27,460 nucleotides of DNA from a virus (taxonomy: Duplodnaviria; Caudoviricetes), in the IMG/VR virus record IMGVR_UViG_3300037470_000319, positions 1 through 27,460 of that record. One strand, 5' to 3'. The position numbers and the translations under genes were made by a program. Under the pieces are notes generated by a model that saw only the letters and a list, made by a program, of their open reading frames with translations, did no database searches and had not been told where the DNA came from. Of this stretch, positions 17,083-26,847 are shown piece after piece. Positions within the stretch are counted from its first letter, which is position 1; each line of letters opens with the position of its first letter.

Positions 17083-17348
17083 GTTTCGTTTCCGACTCCG
17101 ACTTTGGATCGGTCGACGACCAAATACTGGGGGCGCTTTCCCCCGCCGCAGTCCAACTCGAGACACAGACTGACGGTCCAGAAGGGAATCCTATGGTTCT
17201 TTGGGCAGTCGTCGTCTACGCCTATCTGGACCCGGACGGAGTGAAGCAGGTCGGCTATCGGAGAGTGAATTCGGACTGGTTCGATGTGGCGGGCGCCGCT
17301 CATCTTCTGTCGATCGCTTATCAACGGGCCTGGGAGCTGGACGATTGA
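17079..17348 (+). CDS. Hypothetical protein
   Basis: ATGA overlap with upstream stop. Confidence 0.65.
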   Translation: MSFVSDSDFGSVDDQILGALSPAAVQLETQTDGPEGNPMVLWAVVVYAYLDPDGVKQVGYRRVNSDWFDVAGAAHLLSIAYQRAWELDD

Positions 17349-20300
17349 GCCGTAACTGGCTGTCCGTCACTGACGAGGAAACTCTTCTCACTGAGGTTTC
17401 TCAACGGCGTCAACGGTTCGCCGCTACCCGCATGAGCGTAACCCCTCAGATGGGCCAACTGGCAGGCCAGTATGCGGAAGCGTACCCGTGGTTGGATCCT
17501 GCTGCGATGCAGGCGTTCGTCCAAATGGGTGTTCCCGCAGATAGTGCGGGCATGCAACAGATCGCGACTCTCGCCGCAGGTCAGGCGGCGGAGGACGGCA
17601 AGTTTGAGACGGCGGCGGAGGACGTGCCGGACGCTTGGTATGAGACCTTGTGGAAGACGGCGACGGACTGGGCGAAACCTGCTGTCAGAACCGGGTTCAC
17701 GATCCTCGCCACCCCGTTCGAAGAGGTTCAGGCGCTCTTGTCGTCGGCTGGCACAGCCTTGTTTGATGAGACGGAAGCCGGAAAACTAGGACTCGCCTCC
17801 GACCCGCTCGGCAACCTCGGAGCGTTGGTCGGAGAGGTCGTGAGACCGGACCGGCTGCTCGCCGACTTCTGGACGAACTACACGGAGAAGGCCGCAAGAT
17901 CCGGTGGACTCTTGGCTCTTGGCGACCTGTTGCAGGGTAAGCATGTCGATTTGGGGCAGGGGTTCCTTCCCGGCGGAGAGATCTGGGAGGAACGGCAGAA
18001 GGCGAAATACCGGTTGCAGTTGGACGGCCAGTTTGTCACTCCCGGCCGTATCATGGCCCGACAGGTCGTCGAACCCGGCACCGGTCAATACCAGTTCCTA
18101 TCCGGCGCATACGATATAGCACAGAACATTTTCATCGACCCTGTGAACAAGGCAGCGAAGGTGATAGGCGAAGGGGCGAAGGCGGTCGACTCGTTCCAAG
18201 CGGTCAAACGGGGCGGACCGATCGGCCTGATCCCCGGTGTCCGCAAGACGGTCGACGTGGACACGGCAGTCAACCACTTTCTGACTCAACCTTCCGGCCA
18301 ACAGTTGATCCGCTATTGGACCGAAAACAAGGATGTCGCCGCCGCGTTCCGAAGTCTCGGCAAAGCAGACGTGGGCGGAATGCGGATGGAAGCAGCGAGA
18401 CGACTCGCGGCGACCACAAGCGAATCCGAAACGTTCAAGATTCTCACTGAGGGCACCGACGAACTTCCGGGCATTCTCGGCGCGATCATCCGGGAACGAC
18501 CTTCCCCCCGGTTCGTCAAACGGACTATCGAACGGTCAGGACAAAACGAGTTCGGCCAGCTTCTCGGCGGCGGAGCGAGAGTAGCTCGTGCGGACGACAC
18601 CCGTCTCGGATTCCTCGCCCGGACAGGCCGTCTGGGCGCAGACCTTCCCGCCGGTCCGATCTCCGGACGGAACTTGGACAATGCGGCCATCCAACTCGAC
18701 CGGTGGATGGTGAACGCTCAAATCCCCGAAGCCTTCCGGAACCAGGTCATCAACGACCTGTCCGACGTGGTCGGTCAAGCCTCCTTCGAAGGTGTGGTCG
18801 AAACGAGCGCGAAGGTTGTCGCCAAATCTCTCGAGGACACTTGGGGTCTCACGGAGAAGCGGGCGCGGCAGTTGACGAGCCTTTGGGAGGACACGCAGGA
18901 CGGCCATCGAGTGTTCGACCTGGACGACATGGGCGGCCATCTCGACGTGCTCGCCCCGCTCCGCCCTCAAGTCGACGGGGCGATAGTGGACGTGTCGCCC
19001 ATGCCCGCCATGGTCGCCGAACTGGCCGACGAAATCTTCCTACCGAACGTCAAAGAGATACGCCGGGTCACGCCCATCGTCAAAGAGTTGCAGGGCCTTT
19101 ACGATTCGGGCTTGTGGAAGGGTTCCCTCGACGGTATTCGAGCGCTTCAAACGCAAGTGTGGATGGGCCTCCAACTTCTCCGGTCGGCGTTGACGATCCG
19201 GGTTGTCGGCGACGGCCAATTCCGCATGGCGGCAGCCGGCTACGACTCCGTCATCTCCCATCCGATTGACGCGATGTCGTGGCTGTTCGGAGCGAAACCG
19301 AACACGACGAGAATGCAGAGATTCCAGAATGCCATCCTCTCCGACAAGAACCCGGTCAAAATAAGGCCGAAGGGCACCCAAACCCTATCGGGACAGCAGT
19401 GGGAGGATTTCGCCTGGTTCACGAATTCGATGGAACGCGGGTCCGGCGGGTGGCGCGGACTTCCCGGCAAGATCGTCACGCGCAATTATGTGAAGGCGAA
19501 ATTCGGTCAACCCGGCTTCTATGAGGGGTGGGCGGACAAGCTGTCCCACATGGCGAACGATCCGATCATGCGACGGGTCGCGGGCGGACTCGACGCCGGA
19601 GATTTGCGGAGCATCGGGCGGGATTCTATGGGTGACACGTTCGATGATGTGGCCGAATGGTTCTGGTCCGGCACCGGTCAAACATGGCGGAAAGACCTCG
19701 GCTCGATCGAAGGCCGATCGCTTTTGCTCACCGACCCGGCAGCAGCCCGCGCCTATCTGAAACAGAACTTTTTCGACAATCTTGAACAGGTGACAGGCGG
19801 CAACCCCGACCTTGTCAGCTTCGTCGCGTCCGGCCGTTTGGGGAAGGTGAACGCCCGCCAGTCCGGCCATACCCGCAGTCTCGCCGCGTCCCTCTCCGAC
19901 TCGTACGATTCGGCAGCTCCCGCATGGACCGGCACTCCGCAGATGATTTCGAAGGGGAAACAGAATCAGGCGGCGGAAGCGTTCAACCATATTGTCGAAG
20001 TCGGCTTCGAAAGCTTCCTCACCAACCCTGAAAACTTCCTGACCAAAAGTCCGACGTTCCGGCAGATGTACTTCGACCGTGCATCCGAAGTCATCGGCGC
20101 GGCTTCCCGGAACGTGCAAGAGGAGATCATCAAGGGTGCGAAGGCGGCGGGAATGGACGACGGGTATCTCGCCCGTCTCGCCACTCAGGTCTTGAAGGGT
20201 GAAGGGTCGAAAATCACGTCGATGCGTCAGGTCGAAATACTGTCAGGCGCCTACGCCTTTTCCGAAACGAAGAAGCTCTTGTACAACCTGGCCGACCGGA

Positions 20301-21829
20301 ATCAGGTCATGGACATGATGAAAGTCGTGTTCCCGTTCGGCGACGTGTGGAAGAACGTGATGACCTCATGGTCGGGAATTGTCCGTCAGAATCCGGCGGT
20401 GCTCCGAAGGTTCCAACAGGGCCTCGAAGGCGCCCGCCAGCCGTCCCTTCTCGGCGAAGCGGAAACCACTCCCGGAACGGGCGAAGGGTTTTTCCATACT
20501 GATCCGAACACCGGCGAGGAAGTGTTCACCTATCCCGGACTCGGAAAGCTTGCAACGTCAACGTTGGGCCTTCCGTCCGGTTCCGTCGATTTTGTTGGTA
20601 GGGCGGCAGGGTTGAACCTGGTCGCCTCCACCGTCCTGCCCGGTTTCGGTCCCGCCGTGACGATCCCCGCATCGCATCTGATACCAAACACTCCGTCGTG
20701 GGATGCAGTCCGAGACACGCTGATGCCGTTCGGTGAAACCCCGTCCCTGATCGAATCGTTGACTCCACGGTGGGCGCAAAACCTGAAACAGTTTTTCTCC
20801 GAACCCGACCCCGCCAAGTATCGGATGTTCGCGAACACTGTCACCGACGTGATGCGAGTCCTCGACGCTACCGGGAAGCATGATCGGTCCACTTCGGAAG
20901 GCCAACAGGCGCTCTTGGACGAGGCGACGACCATCGCCAAAGACTTGTATGTGATCCGCGGGATCGCACAGTTCAACCTTCCCACCGGACCGTCACTCCA
21001 ATGGAACGCCGAAGACGTCCAAGGCAACCTTGTCCCCGTGAAACTCCTCTCCGACGACATGCGAGCGCTGACGGAGGAGTATGGGGGCGACCGGACGGCC
21101 GCTTTCCAGGAGTGGGTGAAACGGTACGGCGTGAACAACGTCCTCTCCATCATTGGGAAGTCGACGGCGATTGTGGAACGTCCCGTCACGGAGAAGGGGG
21201 ATGCGTGGCTTCGAGCTCACGCCGGAGAAGAGCGAGACTTTGCGACGACGATCGGCTTCTTCGCTCCCGAACCCGCGGTAGGCGAATTCGACTATACGGC
21301 GTACACGCGTTCGTTCGAAACCGGCGCTCGAGAGGGAGTCAGCCCGAAGGAACAACTCGACCTCGCCAACGATTTCCTCGGCCGAGGCCAGTTCGAACAG
21401 GCGAAACAGATCGCAGCGGCCCGTCCCGGACCGGAATCGTCACTGTGGCTCGCGCAAGTCCGTCAGATGATTGCTGAACAGTATCCGGGCTTCGACGGAT
21501 GGGTGAGTCGGTCGATCTGGGAGAAGAAGCCGAAACCTGACGAACTGATAGCAGAAATACGTTCAGCGGTCCTGTCTCCCTCACTGGCGCAGACAGACGC
21601 CGGTCAGGGGATACGCAAGTACCTGTCAGCGATTGACGCGGCGAATCAGATGGTCGTCCAACTCCCGGGCAACACTCGGAGATACCAGCAGGCCAAATCT
21701 GCCGCTCCGATCCGAGCGTGGCTGCGGAGTGTGGCGAAGCAGATCATCGAGGAACATCCGGATTTCGCGAGGTCGTGGATGATGGTGTTCGAACGGGAAC
21801 TCGCCGACGACGAACTGCTAGCCGCGTAA
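17345..21829 (+). CDS. Large internal virion (DNA ejection-like) protein, ~1490 aa
   Basis: Very long helical-looking ORF after the portal; TTG start overlaps the upstream TGA. Function is inferred from size and position. Confidence 0.65.
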   Translation: MSRNWLSVTDEETLLTEVSQRRQRFAATRMSVTPQMGQLAGQYAEAYPWLDPAAMQAFVQMGVPADSAGMQQIATLAAGQAAEDGKFETAAEDVPDAWYETLWKTATDWAKPAVRTGFTILATPFEEVQALLSSAGTALFDETEAGKLGLASDPLGNLGALVGEVVRPDRLLADFWTNYTEKAARSGGLLALGDLLQGKHVDLGQGFLPGGEIWEERQKAKYRLQLDGQFVTPGRIMARQVVEPGTGQYQFLSGAYDIAQNIFIDPVNKAAKVIGEGAKAVDSFQAVKRGGPIGLIPGVRKTVDVDTAVNHFLTQPSGQQLIRYWTENKDVAAAFRSLGKADVGGMRMEAARRLAATTSESETFKILTEGTDELPGILGAIIRERPSPRFVKRTIERSGQNEFGQLLGGGARVARADDTRLGFLARTGRLGADLPAGPISGRNLDNAAIQLDRWMVNAQIPEAFRNQVINDLSDVVGQASFEGVVETSAKVVAKSLEDTWGLTEKRARQLTSLWEDTQDGHRVFDLDDMGGHLDVLAPLRPQVDGAIVDVSPMPAMVAELADEIFLPNVKEIRRVTPIVKELQGLYDSGLWKGSLDGIRALQTQVWMGLQLLRSALTIRVVGDGQFRMAAAGYDSVISHPIDAMSWLFGAKPNTTRMQRFQNAILSDKNPVKIRPKGTQTLSGQQWEDFAWFTNSMERGSGGWRGLPGKIVTRNYVKAKFGQPGFYEGWADKLSHMANDPIMRRVAGGLDAGDLRSIGRDSMGDTFDDVAEWFWSGTGQTWRKDLGSIEGRSLLLTDPAAARAYLKQNFFDNLEQVTGGNPDLVSFVASGRLGKVNARQSGHTRSLAASLSDSYDSAAPAWTGTPQMISKGKQNQAAEAFNHIVEVGFESFLTNPENFLTKSPTFRQMYFDRASEVIGAASRNVQEEIIKGAKAAGMDDGYLARLATQVLKGEGSKITSMRQVEILSGAYAFSETKKLLYNLADRNQVMDMMKVVFPFGDVWKNVMTSWSGIVRQNPAVLRRFQQGLEGARQPSLLGEAETTPGTGEGFFHTDPNTGEEVFTYPGLGKLATSTLGLPSGSVDFVGRAAGLNLVASTVLPGFGPAVTIPASHLIPNTPSWDAVRDTLMPFGETPSLIESLTPRWAQNLKQFFSEPDPAKYRMFANTVTDVMRVLDATGKHDRSTSEGQQALLDEATTIAKDLYVIRGIAQFNLPTGPSLQWNAEDVQGNLVPVKLLSDDMRALTEEYGGDRTAAFQEWVKRYGVNNVLSIIGKSTAIVERPVTEKGDAWLRAHAGEERDFATTIGFFAPEPAVGEFDYTAYTRSFETGAREGVSPKEQLDLANDFLGRGQFEQAKQIAAARPGPESSLWLAQVRQMIAEQYPGFDGWVSRSIWEKKPKPDELIAEIRSAVLSPSLAQTDAGQGIRKYLSAIDAANQMVVQLPGNTRRYQQAKSAAPIRAWLRSVAKQIIEEHPDFARSWMMVFERELADDELLAA

Positions 21830-21836
21830 AGGGGGC

Positions 21837-23165
21837 ATGATGACTCTCGCCCAGGCGAAAGCGTTCATCCGTAAGGCCGAAACCCTGCCAGTCGAAGAGA
21901 TAGACGCTGATCAGTTGAACGAGGCGATAGGCGTCTTCCAGGGTCCTAAGGGCGGCGGTGATGAGGTCTGGTTGGAGCGTGCGGCTGCGGTCGTATCCAA
22001 GATTGCTGACCGTACCGGCCGGGTCCGTCAAGCACGATCGATAGAAGACCCGGCAGATTTCGGACCTGGACGTCCTTCTGACCCGTTAGGGCCGGGACGA
22101 TTACGTGGCGGGGGAACCCCTCAATCGCGGACGGCGGCAGGACTGGCATCGGCGGACGGTCGTCTTCCGGCGAACCTGTTGAACCGGCTCGACCAGGCCG
22201 CCGAACGTGCCGGAGTTTCGGCGCAGGAAGTTCAGTCGATCGTCGAGGACGCTCAACAGGCTGCGTCCGGCGGTCAGCCGGTCACGATGCCCGACGGGTC
22301 GGTCGTTCAACTACCGCCCGATCCGAACGCGCCTTCTGTCGAAGAACTCTTAGAACAGCAGATTTCGGATTGGACTCAGGGTGCTATCGGCGTGCCGGAA
22401 GGGTTCACGGCGGTACGCGACGAGGAGATCCCCGCCGGCGAAGGATTAGCAAAGTTCCGGCAGGCTCGAGGGTTGGGCACGCCGACCCGGTCGACGGAGG
22501 TTGTCCCCCGCTATTTCGTTGGGGATGAGTACCAGCGGGCGGGAATGCCTCCGGAGCGGATCGTGGAACTGCAACGCCAGTTGGAACAGGCTGGTCAACT
22601 CTCGGACGGCGACTTTTATGTGGGAGTGTGGGATCAGGCGACGGCGGGTGCGATGCAAGCGGTGATGGGCATGGCGAACGCTTCGGGTCAAACGTGGGAA
22701 GACCAGTTGAAGGATCTGATCGCGAACGTTCCCGAATCGGTGAAGGAAGCCAGGAATGCGGCGAAACTGGCGAAACAGTTCCAAGCTCCAGCGTTCGTCA
22801 AGCTTGATCCTGCGACTGCTGCTCAAAGAGTGAAGCGGATGCTCCGGTCAGAGTTGAACCGGGAGCCGACCGACGAGGAGATGGCCGCGTTGACCGGGGA
22901 AATGTCAGGCTTGTACCGGGCGGAGTATGAGGCGAACGTGGCTGCGATGCGCGCCGAGTTCGACGCTCGGGAGCAGGGGTTGGAGACGGGTGTGGCGGTC
23001 GCTCCTGGCTCTGTGCAGGGCGTCGACCCGGTAGCACGTTTCGGTGAAGCGTTCGACCGTCGTTTCGCCCCGGAACTGGATTTCATTGAAGGCCAGGAGG
23101 ATCAACTCCGCAATGCGACCAACGTATTCGCCAGCCTCCGCAACATGAGCGGGTTGATCGGATGA
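21837..23165 (+). CDS. Internal virion protein with peptidoglycan-binding-like domain
   Basis: IVELQRQLEQAG.......GVWDQATAGAM resembles the PG_binding_1 helix pair. Confidence 0.55.
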   Translation: MMTLAQAKAFIRKAETLPVEEIDADQLNEAIGVFQGPKGGGDEVWLERAAAVVSKIADRTGRVRQARSIEDPADFGPGRPSDPLGPGRLRGGGTPQSRTAAGLASADGRLPANLLNRLDQAAERAGVSAQEVQSIVEDAQQAASGGQPVTMPDGSVVQLPPDPNAPSVEELLEQQISDWTQGAIGVPEGFTAVRDEEIPAGEGLAKFRQARGLGTPTRSTEVVPRYFVGDEYQRAGMPPERIVELQRQLEQAGQLSDGDFYVGVWDQATAGAMQAVMGMANASGQTWEDQLKDLIANVPESVKEARNAAKLAKQFQAPAFVKLDPATAAQRVKRMLRSELNREPTDEEMAALTGEMSGLYRAEYEANVAAMRAEFDAREQGLETGVAVAPGSVQGVDPVARFGEAFDRRFAPELDFIEGQEDQLRNATNVFASLRNMSGLIG

Positions 23166-23932
23166 CGACCCGACCCGATCTCGACACCACCCTCACCAGC
23201 ATCTTCGACGATCTGTCTCGGAAGATGGCAGGCGGGCTAAGAACCGACCCGCGTGACCTTCTTCCGGAAGCGGACAATCCATTGGAGGGGGTCATTCCCG
23301 ACGAGTTCCTACCGGAAGTGTCCCAGTTCGACTGGTTCGATCCGACAGTCTGGGCGAAAGCGTCCACTGAGGACATGTCGATGGTTGACCTGTCGAACCT
23401 TCAACCCGCCACCGGCGCAGGGAAAGAGGGGAAGGGACGCGACTGGTTTAGGAGTGGTGAAGCTCCGAACAACTATGTGAACCGGAACAACCCGTTGTAT
23501 CAGGCCCGCAAGGATTTCGCCGTGGGGATAGCTCCGAAGATCGAGGAAATGTTCGAAGTGTCCGCTCAGGGTTCCGCAGGGCATTTGCGGGCTCCCCAGG
23601 CGTCTCACAAGGCGCCGGGTGGTCCGTCGGGAAACTCGGACCATTACAGCGGTGGAGCGATCGACTTTTTCGGCGAGAAGGAAGAACTGGACGCTCTACG
23701 GGATTGGCTTGTCACCCAGCCGTTCACGTCGTTTGTCCGCTGGCAGTCCGAATCCCACTATGACCATGTGCACGTGTCGTTCGACACCGGTTGGATCGCC
23801 CAAAACTACTTTGAAGGCCGCTCGATCCCGGAGATCAGTAAGGCTCCGGCCGTGTCTCCCACACAGTTACGGGAAGCGCCCAGGGACGTGCCGAAACCGT
23901 CAGCGATGCTCGACGCTGGGAAGGTGCTCTAA
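23162..23932 (+). CDS. Putative M15/LAS-type zinc peptidase (peptidoglycan hydrolase)
   Basis: SDHYSGGAID (H-x6-D) and HYDHVHVS (HxH) motifs. Confidence 0.7.
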   Translation: MTTRPDLDTTLTSIFDDLSRKMAGGLRTDPRDLLPEADNPLEGVIPDEFLPEVSQFDWFDPTVWAKASTEDMSMVDLSNLQPATGAGKEGKGRDWFRSGEAPNNYVNRNNPLYQARKDFAVGIAPKIEEMFEVSAQGSAGHLRAPQASHKAPGGPSGNSDHYSGGAIDFFGEKEELDALRDWLVTQPFTSFVRWQSESHYDHVHVSFDTGWIAQNYFEGRSIPEISKAPAVSPTQLREAPRDVPKPSAMLDAGKVL

Positions 23933-24085
23933 ATGGCGCAAGCATTTGTCCCTCGTCGCTGTCAACGAGCAGTCGAAATCGGCCGATGTGACCATTCTGT
24001 GTATCCATCCGTTCATTCGACACTTGAGTGGTGGTACGGGTGGCTCTGGTTCGGTCGCGTCTGGCTGTTGAGGAGGCCAAACTAA
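23933..24085 (+). CDS. Small Trp-rich protein (50 aa)
   Basis: Fills the gap exactly (TAA-ATG at the start, TAATG at the end); EWWYGWLWFGRVWLL. Confidence 0.45.
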   Translation: MAQAFVPRRCQRAVEIGRCDHSVYPSVHSTLEWWYGWLWFGRVWLLRRPN

Positions 24086-25203
24086 TGGGGCAGCAGCTCA
24101 ACCAGGTGCCCCCCAACCTTGACGTGTGGGAGGTCGGAGGGAAAACGTATCTGGTCCGCATGAACGACCGGGTCTCCCCTCCCATTCCGATGATCTGGGA
24201 GGTCACAGGCGAAGACCGGACCGCACTCGGGATCAAGAAGGTCGACCGGAAGTTCGGATCGTGGGACGAATTCTACAAGACCGGAGCATTGAACTTCGGC
24301 AACAGCCGTGAGCTGATCAACACGAAGGAAGACCCGGTCGAAACGATCTATTCGAACTACGAGTCGGAAGTCCGAGTGAAACCGTGGCTCGCCGACCGGG
24401 AAATCCTCACCTTGTGGATGCAGGCCGCATTGGAAGGCCGGTCGATTTCGGATGCTGAACTGCAAGGGTCGACATGGTGGCGGACCCATTCGGACACGGA
24501 ACGCCAGTGGATATCATTGAACGCGTCTGACCCGGCTACGGCGAACGCGTTGATCGCTGACAATAGGATTCGAGTGGCGGACCTGCTCCGAGCTGCCGGA
24601 ATAGACGACGCTTCCGAACAACTCGTCCAGACGGTCGCTGACAAGTGGACGCAAGGGTCGTGGACGGAAGCGTATGCGACCACTCAGATACGTTTGCTGG
24701 CCGACCCGTATGCGGGTGGCACTCTCGACGATGCTCTGAAATCGTTCCGGGGTGGAGATACGACCCGCGAAGGTGAAGACCAGGTCAAGGATCTGATCAG
24801 CGAATGGCTCGGCCCTGCGCATTCCAGTTCATGGTCGCAGGCGAACATTGACTCGTGGGCGGGGAAACTCCGTAACGATCCGGATGCGAAACTCGAACTT
24901 GAGGACAGTCTGCGGAAGCATCGTCTCGCCTTGTTCCCCGAATATGACAATCCGAATCTGACGTATGAGGATATTGCTGCTCCGTGGCGTGGCGTGTTCT
25001 CTCAAGTGTGGGGTCAGACTCCCGACGAGACGGATGCATTGTTCGCGAAGGTTGTCCGTATGAACGACCTGGCTGGCGCTGAGAAACTGTTGCGTGGTGA
25101 AGGGTTGAAGCGGAACAATCAGACGGTCACGCAGAATCTTCTGTCTGATTTGAATGGTGCGTTTGGTGGTCAGGTCCGCAAAGCCGACGCGTCGATCGTA
25201 TGA
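24085..25203 (+). CDS. Putative internal virion protein
   Basis: GAGGAGG RBS, ATG 24085; helical, in the structural module. Confidence 0.65.
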   Translation: MGQQLNQVPPNLDVWEVGGKTYLVRMNDRVSPPIPMIWEVTGEDRTALGIKKVDRKFGSWDEFYKTGALNFGNSRELINTKEDPVETIYSNYESEVRVKPWLADREILTLWMQAALEGRSISDAELQGSTWWRTHSDTERQWISLNASDPATANALIADNRIRVADLLRAAGIDDASEQLVQTVADKWTQGSWTEAYATTQIRLLADPYAGGTLDDALKSFRGGDTTREGEDQVKDLISEWLGPAHSSSWSQANIDSWAGKLRNDPDAKLELEDSLRKHRLALFPEYDNPNLTYEDIAAPWRGVFSQVWGQTPDETDALFAKVVRMNDLAGAEKLLRGEGLKRNNQTVTQNLLSDLNGAFGGQVRKADASIV

Positions 25204-25418
25204 AGCAACTTATCCCGCTCGCGACCAGTGTCGGCACGTTGCTGATGATGTGGCTTGCCGGATCAAAGCGGGTAGTGGCCTGGAAGGTAGGTCTGGCGAA
25301 TCAAGTCCTGTGGGTTTGGTTCATCGTCGCATTTGAAGCGTGGGGGTTGATCCCGCTCACTCTGGCGCTGACGTTCACCTACGCACGGAATCTTGTGAGA
25401 TGGCGAGGGGGTGACTGA
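25200..25418 (+). CDS. Small 3-TM membrane protein, PnuC/SemiSWEET half-transporter-like
   Basis: WLAGSKRVVAWKVGLANQVLWVWF..WG..Y.RN..RW pattern. Confidence 0.6.
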   Translation: MKQLIPLATSVGTLLMMWLAGSKRVVAWKVGLANQVLWVWFIVAFEAWGLIPLTLALTFTYARNLVRWRGGD

Positions 25419-26395
25419 TGGCTACTGTACCCAGGCAAGGAGCGACCGAACCGCCTCCTCCTCCTGTTCCAGGCAGGCAAGGATCGACCAGCCCGGGCTA
25501 TGTTGCTCCGATCATTCCGGTCGATCCGAACAGGCAGGGAGCGACCGACCCGCCTCCACCGGAGCCGTTCGACTGGAAGGCGAAAGTCCGCGCCTACTAT
25601 CCGTGGCTGCCCGATGCTCTCGTCGGGATTTTTGCTACTGCGTGGGAGGACACCGGAGACGCAATCCTCGCCTTGGCCGACGTCCGATCGTCGAAGGAAT
25701 ATGATGCGATTTTCCCTGGTATCAAACGTGCCGACGGAACTCTGCGAATGTCCGAGTCGGAGTGGTTCTCCACTCGGGAAGCCTACGGGACGCTGCTCAC
25801 CGAGTTCGGGCTGAACGCTCAGCTCCTGGAAGGCGAAGGTTGGTACGAGCGTTGGATGGAGGGAGAGAAATCTCCAATCGAGGTAGCTGGCAATCTGGGA
25901 GCCATATACGAACAGGTAATCACGAATATTCCCCAGGTCCGCGCCATGCTCTCCGCGTATGAGGGTGCGGAGCTGTTCACCGACCAGGCCCTGTTCCTGT
26001 GGGCTCTCGACCCGCAGGGAGTCGGAGACCAGATCCTCAACCACAAGATTTCGATGGCTCAGGTGGGGGCGGAAGGTCTCGCCCGTGGGTTGGACGTGGA
26101 CGAGTCGTTCGCCGGACGGCTTGTCGCCGGCGGAGTCGACCAGAGTATCGCTCGAGGGTTTTTCGCTGACGCTGAGGGGAAACTGTTCAACTTGGATCAG
26201 CTCGCTCAACGGCATCGTGATCCGGACGATTCGTTTGACTTGAAAGAGTTCGCCGACGCGTCGATTTTCGGGGATGCTGTCCAGACGAAACGGGTTCAAC
26301 GACTACTGCGGGCGGAGGCTTCCCTGTTCTCTGAGAGTCTGGGGTCGGTGAACATGCGAGACGATTTCGCGCTCACTGGTCTCGCCGCTCGGTAG
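25418..26395 (+). CDS. Putative virion protein with N-terminal RQGxT-Pro repeats
   Basis: TGATG coupling; three RQG(A/S)T repeats, then a helical domain. Confidence 0.65.
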   Translation: MATVPRQGATEPPPPPVPGRQGSTSPGYVAPIIPVDPNRQGATDPPPPEPFDWKAKVRAYYPWLPDALVGIFATAWEDTGDAILALADVRSSKEYDAIFPGIKRADGTLRMSESEWFSTREAYGTLLTEFGLNAQLLEGEGWYERWMEGEKSPIEVAGNLGAIYEQVITNIPQVRAMLSAYEGAELFTDQALFLWALDPQGVGDQILNHKISMAQVGAEGLARGLDVDESFAGRLVAGGVDQSIARGFFADAEGKLFNLDQLAQRHRDPDDSFDLKEFADASIFGDAVQTKRVQRLLRAEASLFSESLGSVNMRDDFALTGLAAR

Positions 26396-26410
26396 TTACG
26401 CAAGTAGAAT

Positions 26411-26560
26411 CGTTCTTAGCGAGAAACGCACTCTTAGGTGGGCCACTTACGGTAAGTGCTGGATCAGCAGGCAGAAGAGTCCCCCAGCCGCCCACCTACC
26501 CGCCCTAAGAAAGCGAAGGCCCGGTCGCACAAAACGTGCGGCCAGGCCGTTCGCCCGTCT
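26411..26560 (+). ncRNA. Candidate structured ncRNA (or complex terminator region)
   Basis: TAGAAT at 26405; stems 26435-26443/26490-26498, 26444-26458 and 26513-26554. Confidence 0.45.
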
Positions 26561-26586
26561 ACACCGGTTCGGTCAGTCTACTCGGA

Positions 26587-26619
26587 TTTACTCACTTTCC
26601 CGGGTAATACGATTAGTAT
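26587..26619 (+). promoter_or_regulatory. Repeated promoter-like element, copy 2
   Basis: Same 22-mer as at 8979, followed by TAGTAT at the same offset (26614). Confidence 0.65.
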
Positions 26620-26624
26620 GAGAT

Positions 26625-26847
26625 TGTTCGACTGTTCGTCGCGGTCGTCCTAGGCCAAGACGTAGGCCACTCAGGTCGCGGACCCTTCTGTCCATTCGAC
26701 CGAAACTCTTGTGTGTTTGCTGTGCCAGGACGCGTCCAGTGAACCTCACCACCGCGTAAGCCTGTGGTTCTCCTTATCTCGGCGTGTCCCACCGACTGTT
26801 TCGCCCGACCAGTCGTAGGCATGAGGGCGTTAGCCAAAGGAGAAACA
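26625..26847 (+). promoter_or_regulatory. Structured 5' leader of scaffold/capsid operon
   Basis: Several stems; TTCTCCTT (26768-26775) is complementary to the RBS AAGGAGAA (26837-26844). Confidence 0.5.

Noticed and set aside
26459-26490. Possible SRP RNA, RNase P or hammerhead core (GGATCAGCAGGCAGAAGAGTCC)
   Set aside because: Lacks the SRP CAGG..GGAA..AGCAG arrangement, the RNase P GAGGAAAGTCC and the hammerhead CTGANGA/GAAA cores.
26456-26653. 65-aa ORF in the intergenic gap
   Set aside because: No convincing RBS, low-complexity product, and it overlaps strong stems and the repeated promoter element.
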